The notes under the pieces: generated by a model | Told to the model about the DNA's origin: nothing | The model's database searches: none | The model's input: the letters and a program-made list of their open reading frames with translations, nothing else | Assembly: GCA_002721365.1 (NCBI GenBank) | Contig: PBKC01000098.1 | Coordinates: 8,993-72,992 of the forward strand | Length of the DNA: 64,000 nucleotides | Reading direction: 5' to 3' | From: Rhodospirillaceae bacterium | Lineage (GTDB): Bacteria > Pseudomonadota > Alphaproteobacteria > GCA-2721365 | Position numbers and translations under genes: made by a program | Part shown: positions 47,044 through 56,400 of the stretch, piece after piece | How the letters are laid out: each line of letters begins with the position of its first letter | Numbering within the stretch: the stretch's first letter is position 1

Positions 47044-47757
47044 ATGAAGAAACTTCTTCGCAAGTATGAATCGTTCGCGGGCGGCATTGCTCACAGCGGG
47101 CGTTCCGCGGCTGTGGCATCCGGCATGGCGGTTGCGATGCTTGTAGGCTTCGCTGGTGAGGCCGAAGCGATCCCGGCGCCGGTCGGTTATCAGAATGATA
47201 CCGGGGTCGAGCTGTTCACGCCCCTTTCCGATCCGCTCATCTCCATCGAGGTCATGGATCTCCTGGGGACGGTCGGCGTCGGTTCGGAATTCGGGTTTTA
47301 TCTTCCCGGCGATCCGAGCAGCCTCTACACCATTTTCGATGCGTCCGACCAGGCGACGCCCGATCAGACGGCACTGATCAGCTTTTCCGGCGGCTTGGTG
47401 GTGGACTACGACGCCAGCGAGGTGCAGACGACGTTCGCGCCGATCTCCAGTGGGTCGATCATCGGCTTTTACATGAAGCTGGCTCCGGGAACGGTCGACG
47501 AGATCACCCTGTATACGGAAGCCGACCTCAATCCTTTCGGGACCGATTTCACGCAGGCCTTCCGGTCCGAGTCGGATACGCCGATTTCGTGGTTCCTGAA
47601 TTTTGAGAACTTCGCCGACGGGACGTCCCTCGGTCAGTACATCGTTGCGCCGATCGCTGCCGCGGTTCCCGAACCGTCCGCCTTGGCGGTGATGGGGATG
47701 GGTGTCCTCGGGCTTGTCGCGATGCGGCGGGGACGTCGGAAGGCAAGCGCCGTCTGA
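47044..47757 (+). CDS. PEP-CTERM sorting-domain secreted protein
   Basis: 237 aa from ATG 47044, with the signal peptide MKKLLRKY...AVAMLVGFAGEAEA. The C-terminus VPEPSALAVMGMGVLGLVAMRRGRRK is the PEP-CTERM motif: PEP, a TM helix and a basic tail. The track start at 46696 runs through low-GC non-coding-looking sequence. Confidence 0.8.
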   Translation: MKKLLRKYESFAGGIAHSGRSAAVASGMAVAMLVGFAGEAEAIPAPVGYQNDTGVELFTPLSDPLISIEVMDLLGTVGVGSEFGFYLPGDPSSLYTIFDASDQATPDQTALISFSGGLVVDYDASEVQTTFAPISSGSIIGFYMKLAPGTVDEITLYTEADLNPFGTDFTQAFRSESDTPISWFLNFENFADGTSLGQYIVAPIAAAVPEPSALAVMGMGVLGLVAMRRGRRKASAV

Positions 47758-48145
47758 CGGCCTTTCCGCCCTGCAAAGAGGGGCTAGGCCCTAGTTGCTG
47801 TTACTCGCTTAAGGGATGGGGCGTCGCTTTCGCTGTCGCCCCGTCCCCGTTGATCAGGCGTTTCCAGGCCTGATGGTGCAAGGCGGCAAAGGACAACCTT
47901 GAGTCGAGAAGACAGAGGAATTGTCTTCCACCTAGTAACCAGCCGATCTGGCACTGGAATTTTACCTCTCACCTATCCGAATGAAGTAATTCACAGCTGG
48001 CGGCAAATGCCGTATGCTGCGATGCAATAAAGTTCCGGGGCGGTGCGGAAGAGGGTTGTGACAATGCCATCCTCGACAAAGGGCATAGTGCCCGCGGCCG
48101 AGCGGTGGGAAACGGAAGCGGATCTGCAGAGGGGTCAGTCAGGTC

Positions 48146-49726
48146 ATGGCGCTCGATAGCAGCATGTACGCGACCCAGGGTCAGCTCGGCCTCGACGAGA
48201 CGCTCGAGGTCGAACGGCCGGCACAAGCTTCGGACGTGACCGCGCGAAGCGGCGCCCCGGCTCTGAGGATCGTCCGGTCCCGGGAAACGCGTTCGCCGGT
48301 TTCACTCAATCTTATCGTCCCTATCGTCCTCTGCCTCGGCGACTTCGCCGTCACGGCGGCCGCCGGGGTCTTCACGGCGTCCGCCTATCTGCCGGACGGC
48401 GTTGCATCGGTTCTCGACGCCGGAACGGTTGGATCAAGCGCCATGACGATGGTCGTGGCGGCTGCGTTCTGTATGTCGATTCTGACGGTGGCATTCGACG
48501 GCTTCAGCCCGCGCAGCATCATCGGTCCGGGGCGCCATCTGGCCCTCTCGCCGCTTCTATTCGTCGTTTCCGTGGCGTTCGTCTGGCTCGTAGCGACCCT
48601 TTTGGGGGCGACGAAGGGTATCCCGTCGGATTGGCTGGTGCCGTGGCTGGGTGTGGCGCTGGGCGGATTGGCCGTGGGCCGGAGCGTCAGCTTTCTGGCC
48701 GTGAACCGGCTGGCAAAGGCGGGACATCTCGGATACCTGACAGCGATCGTCGGAGCGAACAAGCGCGGCCTGGACCTTGCCCAGGGCCTGGGGGCCGAAC
48801 ATGGCCTCTACCGTTTCGCCGGTCTCTACGATGCTCGCTACGGCCGCTACTCCGGTCGCTTCAACGGCGTCGACATGCGCGGATCGCTAGAGGACCTGGT
48901 CGCGGCGGTGGCGGCCGGAAAGATCGAGAAGGTCGTGGTCGCTCTGCCCGGCATATCCGAGAAGCGTCTCGCGGAAATCCTGCGGACGCTGTGCGTGATG
49001 CCGGTCGATATCTATCTCGCGACGGAAAGCGATGCCGTCGATCGCGGCGCGTCCGCAAAAGCCGCACGAGCGATCTCATCCTGGCCGGTCCTGCGGGAAC
49101 CGCTGCCGTTTCGTGCGCGGATTCTCAAGGCCGTCGAGGATCTGGTCGGCGTCATCCTGTTGATCGCCGCGTCCCTTCCGGCGATGGCCGTAATCGCGGT
49201 CGTGATCAAGCTCGACTCGCCGGGGCCGGTGCTGTTCCGGCAAAACCGTCTCGGCCGCGGCGGGCGGGTCTTCACCATGCTCAAGTTCCGCACCATGAGC
49301 CACGCCCAGAGCGATCCCAATGCGGACCGGCTGACCGAGCCCGGGGATCCTCGCGTTACGTTCGTGGGGCGTTTCCTTCGGCGCACGAGCCTCGATGAGC
49401 TGCCGCAGCTCTTCAATGTGCTCCGGGGCGACATGTCGCTGGTCGGTCCGCGGCCGTTGCCGCCGAAGTTCCATTTCCGCGGCAAGGCCTTCGCCGACCT
49501 GATCCCCTCATACGGTTCGCGGCTTCGGGTGAAGCCCGGGATCACCGGCTGGGCTCAGGTCAACGGCTTTCGCGGGACCCCCCCTGACTTCACCGACGCC
49601 TGCACCCTGATGTCGAAGCGGATCGAGTACGATCTCTACTACGCGGAGAATTGGTCGCTGAGCTTCGACTTCTTCATCCTGCTACGCACCTTCTGGCCCG
49701 GGAAGGCGCACGAGAACGTCTTCTGA
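48146..49726 (+). CDS. polyprenyl-phosphate hexose-1-phosphate transferase (WbaP/EpsB-type priming enzyme)
   Basis: 526 aa. N-terminal TM bundle, a central Rossmann-like region and a C-terminal bacterial sugar transferase domain (PGPVLFRQNRLGRGGRVFTMLKFRTM...RTSLDELPQLFNVLRGDMSLVGPRP). Confidence 0.88.
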   Translation: MALDSSMYATQGQLGLDETLEVERPAQASDVTARSGAPALRIVRSRETRSPVSLNLIVPIVLCLGDFAVTAAAGVFTASAYLPDGVASVLDAGTVGSSAMTMVVAAAFCMSILTVAFDGFSPRSIIGPGRHLALSPLLFVVSVAFVWLVATLLGATKGIPSDWLVPWLGVALGGLAVGRSVSFLAVNRLAKAGHLGYLTAIVGANKRGLDLAQGLGAEHGLYRFAGLYDARYGRYSGRFNGVDMRGSLEDLVAAVAAGKIEKVVVALPGISEKRLAEILRTLCVMPVDIYLATESDAVDRGASAKAARAISSWPVLREPLPFRARILKAVEDLVGVILLIAASLPAMAVIAVVIKLDSPGPVLFRQNRLGRGGRVFTMLKFRTMSHAQSDPNADRLTEPGDPRVTFVGRFLRRTSLDELPQLFNVLRGDMSLVGPRPLPPKFHFRGKAFADLIPSYGSRLRVKPGITGWAQVNGFRGTPPDFTDACTLMSKRIEYDLYYAENWSLSFDFFILLRTFWPGKAHENVF

Positions 49727-49783
49727 GAGACCGGGATTGTCGACCGTCACTCCGGCGGTTCGTCGCGGTGAATCCCGGAGTGG

Positions 49784-50932
49784 TCAGCTCCCCTCGGCGA
49801 GGAGGTGCTCGTACAGCGCCTCGTAGGAGGGGCCCAGACGGTCCCAACCGAAGCGCGCGGCATGTGTGCGGCAGCACGCTTCTGTAGCGGGGTCCTTGGC
49901 CAAGGCGACAGCGGTGCGCAAAGCCTCGACCAGCGCATCGACGTCTTGAAGCACGCCGCGCGCCTGTCCGGGATCGACCAGAACACCGATCCGGGAGTCG
50001 TCGACGATGTCGGGAACACCGCCGTGCTGACAACCGACCACCGGCGTTCCACTGGCCAGCGCCTCGGCGAAGACCACTCCGAATGCTTCCCACATGGACG
50101 GCAGGGCCATGACTGTGGCCGACGCCAGATGGCGCGGCAGATCGCTCGGTGGGACAGCGCCATGAAATCGGATGCTGTCCCGAACGTCCGGCGGCACGGC
50201 CGCGACGATCCGTTCGACGTCCCGCGCGGGGGCGTTGCCGCAGAAATGAAGAACGGCATCGGGGAACGAATCCTTCAGACCCGCGAATGCCTCGGCGCAG
50301 GGCAGGGCGCCTTTCCGCGGTTCTCCGACATCGCCCAGGAAGACGATGCTGGGCCAATCGGCCGGGACCGCCTTGGCGGTATTCCGAAAGGACGCCATTT
50401 CAACTGGCAGGGGGATGGTGGTCGCTTTCGCTGCGAAGTCCCGTTCCAGCGTGAAGGCGGCATAGCGGCTGAGGACCAGGATATGGTCGGCATGTTTGAG
50501 CACGGTTCGGAACATCAGCAGTTCGTGCGGCGCGGGGAGGAAGTAGCGGCGGACCGGTATCCCCATGAACTGATGAACCAGCTTGAACTTTGTCGCCGGC
50601 GCCGCGCGGGCGAGCGCCGCGCCGTAAGCATCGAAATGATGCAGGCAGTGCACGACCTCGAAGTCCCGGTGGAGAAGGGTATGCCGGCAGAAGCGGGCGA
50701 AGGCGATGCCGGGGCCCGTCCATCGTCCGAAGTCGAGAGCCTGCCAGCGCTGTCGCCATACAATCGTTTCGATCTCCGGCGGGAACTCGGGTTCGGTACC
50801 GGTCGGTGCCGAAGTGATGACCGAGACCTCATGTCCGCGCCTGTGAAGATAGGCCGCGAGGTCGTGCAGCAGACGCTCGGAGCCGCGTCGGACCTGCGGC
50901 CAGCAGAAAGGGTTCGTCAGCGCAATGCGCAT
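49784..50932 (-). CDS. family 4 (GT-B) glycosyltransferase, paralog of the GT4 half of 40466..42607
   Basis: 382 aa. The N-terminus IALTNPFCWPQVRRGSERLLHDL matches IAIANPFCWPQVRRGSERLLNDL of the fusion protein. ALPSMWEAFGVVFAEALASGTPVVG. Confidence 0.85.
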   Translation of the reverse strand: MRIALTNPFCWPQVRRGSERLLHDLAAYLHRRGHEVSVITSAPTGTEPEFPPEIETIVWRQRWQALDFGRWTGPGIAFARFCRHTLLHRDFEVVHCLHHFDAYGAALARAAPATKFKLVHQFMGIPVRRYFLPAPHELLMFRTVLKHADHILVLSRYAAFTLERDFAAKATTIPLPVEMASFRNTAKAVPADWPSIVFLGDVGEPRKGALPCAEAFAGLKDSFPDAVLHFCGNAPARDVERIVAAVPPDVRDSIRFHGAVPPSDLPRHLASATVMALPSMWEAFGVVFAEALASGTPVVGCQHGGVPDIVDDSRIGVLVDPGQARGVLQDVDALVEALRTAVALAKDPATEACCRTHAARFGWDRLGPSYEALYEHLLAEGS

Positions 50933-51003
50933 GGCATGACGGCGCGCTCGACATCGATGGTCGGCGACCAGTCGGGCCTTTGCGCCCTTGGGGGAAGGAC
51001 GAC

Positions 51004-51978
51004 ATGAAGACCGCTCTGATCCTTGGCGTCTCGGGACAGGATGGCGCTTATCTTGCCGAGTTCCTGCTCGAGAAGGGCTACAACGTCTATGGGACGTCGC
51101 GAGACGCCGAGCTTGCCCGGTTCGGCAATCTCCGTGCGCTCGGTATTCGAGACCGGGTCACCTGCCATTCGGCCAGTCCGACGGACTTTCGGAGCATCTT
51201 CCAGGTCATTCGTCAGGTCGAACCGGACGAGATCTACAATCTGGCCGGGCAGACTTCGGTCGGGCTTTCCTTCGCGCAGCCGGTCGAAACGATGGAGAGC
51301 ATCTCGCTCGGTACGCTCAACGTGCTCGAAGCGGTGCGGATGCTGGACAAGCCGATCCGTCTTTACAACGCCGGCTCCGGTGAATGCTTCGGCAATACGG
51401 CCGGAAATCCGGCGACCGAGCTCACCGCATTCACGCCGCGCAGCCCCTACGCGGTCGCCAAGGCGGCGGCGGTGTGGACCGTCAGCAACTATCGCGAGGC
51501 GTACCATCTGTTCGCCTGCTCGGGGATTCTGTTCAACCACGAATCCCCCTTGCGGCCCGACCGCTTCGTGACGCGGAAGATCGTCAAGGGAGCCGCCGAA
51601 ATCGCGCTCGGTCGGCGCGAGCGGCTGCAGGTGGGCAATCTCGGCGTGCGCCGGGATTGGGGATGGGCACCGGAATATGTCGATGCGATGTGGCGCATGC
51701 TTCAGGCCGATACGGCCGAGGACTTCGTGATCGCGACCGGCAAGGACCATGCCCTCGAAGACTTCGCGCGTCTGGCCTTCGAGGCTTTCGATCTGGACTG
51801 GCGGGACTATGTCGACGTGTCGCCGACCCTTTTCCGGCCTACCGATATCGAGGTCGGTGTCGGCGATGCCGGCAAGGCCGAGAGGCTGCTGGGATGGCGG
51901 GCCGAGCTCGATCTGGCCGAGATCGTCCGGCGCATGGCGGAAGCGGAGCGAGACAAACTTCTGGCGGAAGAGAGCTGA
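51004..51978 (+). CDS. GDP-mannose 4,6-dehydratase family protein, short form (second paralog; possible dehydratase/reductase)
   Basis: 324 aa from ATG 51004. ALILGVSGQDGAYLAEFLLEKGYNVYG, SPYAVAKAAA (Y-x3-K), [20 protein letters not shown] and NLGVRRDWGWAPEYVDAMW. Confidence 0.8.
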   Translation: MKTALILGVSGQDGAYLAEFLLEKGYNVYGTSRDAELARFGNLRALGIRDRVTCHSASPTDFRSIFQVIRQVEPDEIYNLAGQTSVGLSFAQPVETMESISLGTLNVLEAVRMLDKPIRLYNAGSGECFGNTAGNPATELTAFTPRSPYAVAKAAAVWTVSNYREAYHLFACSGILFNHESPLRPDRFVTRKIVKGAAEIALGRRERLQVGNLGVRRDWGWAPEYVDAMWRMLQADTAEDFVIATGKDHALEDFARLAFEAFDLDWRDYVDVSPTLFRPTDIEVGVGDAGKAERLLGWRAELDLAEIVRRMAEAERDKLLAEES

Positions 51979-52068
51979 CCGCGCGGCTGTAAGCCTGTCG
52001 AGGCCTCCCCCAGGGCAGCGCGACGGCGGGCACGAACAACCGGACGCCGCCGCCGCGAGGCTTTGCAC

Positions 52069-53136
52069 TCAGGCGTCCCCCTTGTGCCGCTCTTCCTTCT
52101 TCTTCATCAGCGCGAGATCGGCTTCGACCATTTCGCGCACCAGCTCCTTGAACGGCGTCGTATGGCGCCAGCCGAGCTCCGTCCGCGCCTTCGTCGGGTC
52201 TCCGAGAAGCAGATCGACCTCGGTGGGGCGGAAATAGCGGGGATCGACGGAGACGAGGACCGTGCCGGACGCGGCGTCGTGTCCTTTCTCGTCCACACCC
52301 GTTCCTTTCCAGACGATCTGACGACCAGTGGTGGCGAAGGCCTCTTCCACGAATTCGCGGACGGTATGGGTTTCACCGGTCGCCAGAACGAAGTCGTCGG
52401 GCGTGTCGTGCTGGACGATGCGCCACATGCCTTCGACGTAGTCGCGGGCGTGCCCCCAGTCGCGCTTGGAATCGAGGTTACCGAGGAAGAGGCGCGACTG
52501 GAGCCCCAGTTCGATCGCGGCGACGGCCCGGCTGATCTTGCGGGTAACGAAGGTTTCACCGCGGATCGGGCTCTCGTGATTGAAAAGGATGCCGTTCGAG
52601 GCGTGCATCCCATACGCTTCCCGGTAGTTCACGGTGATCCAGTAGGCGTAGAGCTTGGCCGCGCCGTAAGGGCTCCGAGGATAGAACGGAGTCGTCTCGC
52701 TCTGTGGCACGGCTTGGGCCTTGCCGTAGAGCTCCGATGTCGATGCCTGGTAGAAGCGGACCGACTTTTCCATGCCGAGGATGCGGATCGCCTCGAGCAG
52801 CCTGAGCGTGCCGAGGCCGTCGGCATTGCCCGTGTATTCGGCCGTTTCGAAGCTCACCTGCACATGGCTTTGGGCCGCGAGATTGTAGATCTCCGCCGGT
52901 TGGGTTTCCTGCACGAGACGGATGAGATTTGTCGCGTCCGTCATATCCCCGAAATGTAGGAAGAAGCGCGGCTCGCCCTCGTGAGGATCCGTGTAGAGAT
53001 GGTCGACTCGCCCCGTATTGAACGAAGAGGATCGCCGCTTCACGCCATGGACGGTGTAGCCTTTGTTGAGCAGAAGCTCAGATAAATACGCGCCGTCCTG
53101 CCCGGTTACACCGGTTATTAACGCAATCTTGCTCAC
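52069..53136 (-). CDS. gmd: GDP-mannose 4,6-dehydratase
   Basis: 355 aa. [85 protein letters not shown] and [19 protein letters not shown]. Confidence 0.95.
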   Translation of the reverse strand: MSKIALITGVTGQDGAYLSELLLNKGYTVHGVKRRSSSFNTGRVDHLYTDPHEGEPRFFLHFGDMTDATNLIRLVQETQPAEIYNLAAQSHVQVSFETAEYTGNADGLGTLRLLEAIRILGMEKSVRFYQASTSELYGKAQAVPQSETTPFYPRSPYGAAKLYAYWITVNYREAYGMHASNGILFNHESPIRGETFVTRKISRAVAAIELGLQSRLFLGNLDSKRDWGHARDYVEGMWRIVQHDTPDDFVLATGETHTVREFVEEAFATTGRQIVWKGTGVDEKGHDAASGTVLVSVDPRYFRPTEVDLLLGDPTKARTELGWRHTTPFKELVREMVEADLALMKKKEERHKGDA

Positions 53137-53422
53137 GATATGTCCCCACGAGGAAAGATGAACGGACCGCTCATGTCATCACTGGCCGTCCGAGACCTGC
53201 ATGGCGCTGCTGTCGAGACTACCAAGGTTTCGGCCGTGTGTGAGCCTGTCCGAACTGCCGGTTGCCGGAATCCCCTCGCACGTTTTCCTCTCATTCTTGT
53301 CAGTGTAATGACGCTCACGCATCATGCTACTGGGTCTGTGCGGCCTGCAGGCGGGTCCTAGGTAATATGGTATATGTTTGCCGAGGGATCGCCATCCCTC
53401 GTTTCGCAGAGGGACGCTGATC

Positions 53423-56400
53423 ATGACTGTGCCGCCGATTCCGGCCGACGACGTTATCTCGCTCGGGGATCCCGATTCCGACGTCGTGGTCATCGACCCG
53501 GCAGCCCTCCTTTTCAATGACGTCGATCCCGATGGCGATACGCTTTTCCTTGAAGCCGTCGACGGTACGAATCTGATCAATGCGACGGCGGAGATCGATG
53601 CCGATGGTAACGTCGTCGTTACCGCCATCGACTCGTCCGCACCGATCGGCGGCTCCTTCACTTATGTCGTTTCGGATAGAAACAGTGCCGTTCGTACAGC
53701 CGTCGCGAGTTTCGGAACCGGCGGCATAGAGTATACCGATATTTCGCCGGGCACGACCGGTGCCGACAGTCTTCTCGGGTCGGATGCGCCATCCGATCTT
53801 TCCGGTGGCCAGGGTGATGATCTCGTTTTCGGTGGTACTGGAGACGATAGCCTGTCGGGCGGCGCCGACGACGACACGATTCAGGGTGGCAGCGGTGCCG
53901 ACGAAATCCTGGGCGGGGACGGTCAGGACAGCCTCTCCGGCGACGAAGGCGCCGATACGCTCGACGGCGGCGCGGGCAACGACATTCTGTCCGATGTCGA
54001 CGGGGGAACGATCTCCGGCGGGGAAGGCGACGACCATCTGATCGTCGGCGTTCTGCCCGAAGAGCACGAGACGGTGGTCGATGGGGGGCTTGGCGAAGAC
54101 ACCCTCGACCTGGACCTTACGCCGGAGCAGTTCCTCAACGCCGCAACTCTTCGTGAGCTTTCGGCGCTCAACGATTTCATCACGGACTCGGCCGACTCGG
54201 CGGTCGATGACGGTGCGACCTTTACCGTGAACGGTTTGGCGCTGACGGTGAGCAATGTCGAAGCGCTTACCGTCAATGGTGATCCCTTCGCGGTCCCCGA
54301 CGAGTCGACCTGGCTCGAAACGGTCTTCGTCGATCCGACCGGCGACGGGATCGGCGACGGTTCGTTCGAGAATCCCTTCACGTCCTGGGATTTCGTCACG
54401 TTCGAAGCGGGCAAGACCTATCTGCAGAAGGCCGATACCGTCTTCGAAGACAGCCTGTTCGTCGACGTTCAGGCCACCGCCGATCATCCGATCTACATCG
54501 GCTCCTATGGCGAGGGGGCACCGCCGACCATCTCCGGCTCGGTGATCTTTTCCGGGGCGGCGAACGTCGAATTTCACGACTTCACCGTCACCGACTCCGA
54601 CATCGCCGGCGTCTTGATTACGGACGGCAGCCAGTCGATCAGCGTGACCGACTCGACCATCACGCGCAGCGCCGTCGGCATCGAGATCACCGATGGCTCC
54701 GGTGGCAGCAGCACCGGCCACAAGCTGCTCAACAACATTATCCACTCGAACGACACCAGCGGAATTTCCGTCGTCGACGTCAGTGCGGCAGCGGGCGAGG
54801 AAACAGTCATTGCGGACAATACGATCTACCGCAATGGCATGCATGGCGTCGGTATTATTGGAAATTACTACGTTATTGAGAACAACGAGATCCACAATAA
54901 CGGTATTAGTGGAATTATTGGGACAAGCGGAATCCATCTTTTTGCACAAAGCAATGAAGTTGCTGCGGGTGATTTCAATATAATTCGATACAACACCGTT
55001 TCCCATCAGAATGACTCTGATAGTAATGATGGAAACGGGATTCAAGCCGATCAATATTCGAACGATAACCAGATTTACGGGAATATCGTTTTTGCCAATG
55101 CCGGACCAGGTCTCAATTTATACGATGCGACCAACAATCTTGTTTATGACAATATTGCATACGGAAACTCCGTAGACCTATTCAACACGCACGCCAACAA
55201 GGCGGAAATGACGGTCGGCAGCCTGGGCGGAGAGCTGTTCGACCTGACGTTCGGGAACCAAATTCACGACAATATCTTCTACGCGATCGACAGCGACGTC
55301 GCGGCCTTCCTGGTCGACATTCCGTCGTCGGACGAAGTCAACGCGATCGGCGACAATCAGTTCTTCCACGAAGCCGGCGGTGACCTCTGGCGGTGGGGGA
55401 CCTTGTCCGGCACCGACATCGAGGAATGGAACAGTCTTGCGGAAGGCGGGGGTGACGATGTCGTCTTCGATCCCGTGGCCGCCGGATTCGTTCCACCGGA
55501 AGAACCGCCCGCCTACATGCTGGACGGAAGTTTCGAGGTCCATGCCCCTCAGTTCACGGTCGTCGATCCCGACAGCACCAATCTCGTTTTCGGGACCGCT
55601 GCCGGCGATCTCTATGTCGGTGGTGACTTCCGCGACATCCTGGTCGGGCGCGGCGGCAACGACACCATCCTTGCCGAAGGCGGCCATGACTGGCTGATCG
55701 GCAACGAAGGCGACGACAGTCTGGTCGGCGGCGACGGTCTCGACGAAGCCTGGGGCGGGGTGGGCGCCGATACGCTGGTCGGTGGGGCCGGGACGGATCT
55801 GCTATTCGGCGGCAACGACGCCGATTCGATCCTCGGCGGTGACGGACGCGACGACCTTGCCGGTGGTTTCGGCGACGACACGATTTTCGGCGGTGCCGAT
55901 ATCGACTCGATCGACGGCGGCGTCGGAAATGACTGGCTGACCGGCGGTGACGGTGAGGATGTCGTCCATGGCCGTGACGACAACGACTTCATCGACGAGA
56001 GCGGCGACCTCGTTTCGGCCAACAAGCTGTTCGGCGGCACCGGCGACGACACCATCATCGGCGGTGGCGGCAATGACCAGCTCGCCGGGAGCGAGGGCAA
56101 CGACTCTCTGATCGGCGGTGCCGGCGATGATCAGGTCAATGCCGACGAGGGCATCGACGTGGTCTTCGGCGGTGAGGGCAGCGATCTGGTCGATGGTGGC
56201 GACGGCGACGACGTGGTCCAGGGCGAGGCGGGCAGCGACACCTTGCGCGGCGGTGCCGGCAACGATTCCATCCTTGGCGGGGCCGATAACGACACGCTGG
56301 TCGGGAACGAAGGCGACGACACGCTGATCGGCGGCGACGGCGCCGATATTCTCGATGTGAGCGACGACACCGAGGGCAACAACCTTCTTCAGGGCGATGC

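Noticed and set aside
47758-48145. TGGCACTGGAATTTTACC (about 47959) as a second sigma-54 promoter, upstream of the priming transferase. Also a short GGGGCG...CGCCCC hairpin after the PEP-CTERM gene as a terminator.
   Set aside because: The -12 element (TTTT) does not match TTGC. The hairpin has about 6 bp with internal mismatches and no T-run. Both are too weak to report as features.
22800-53400. Whether the polysaccharide locus is a bounded genomic island or mobile element.
   Set aside because: Low-GC patches suggest horizontal assembly. However, I saw no integrase, transposase, tRNA gene or flanking direct repeats, so no mobile element is called.
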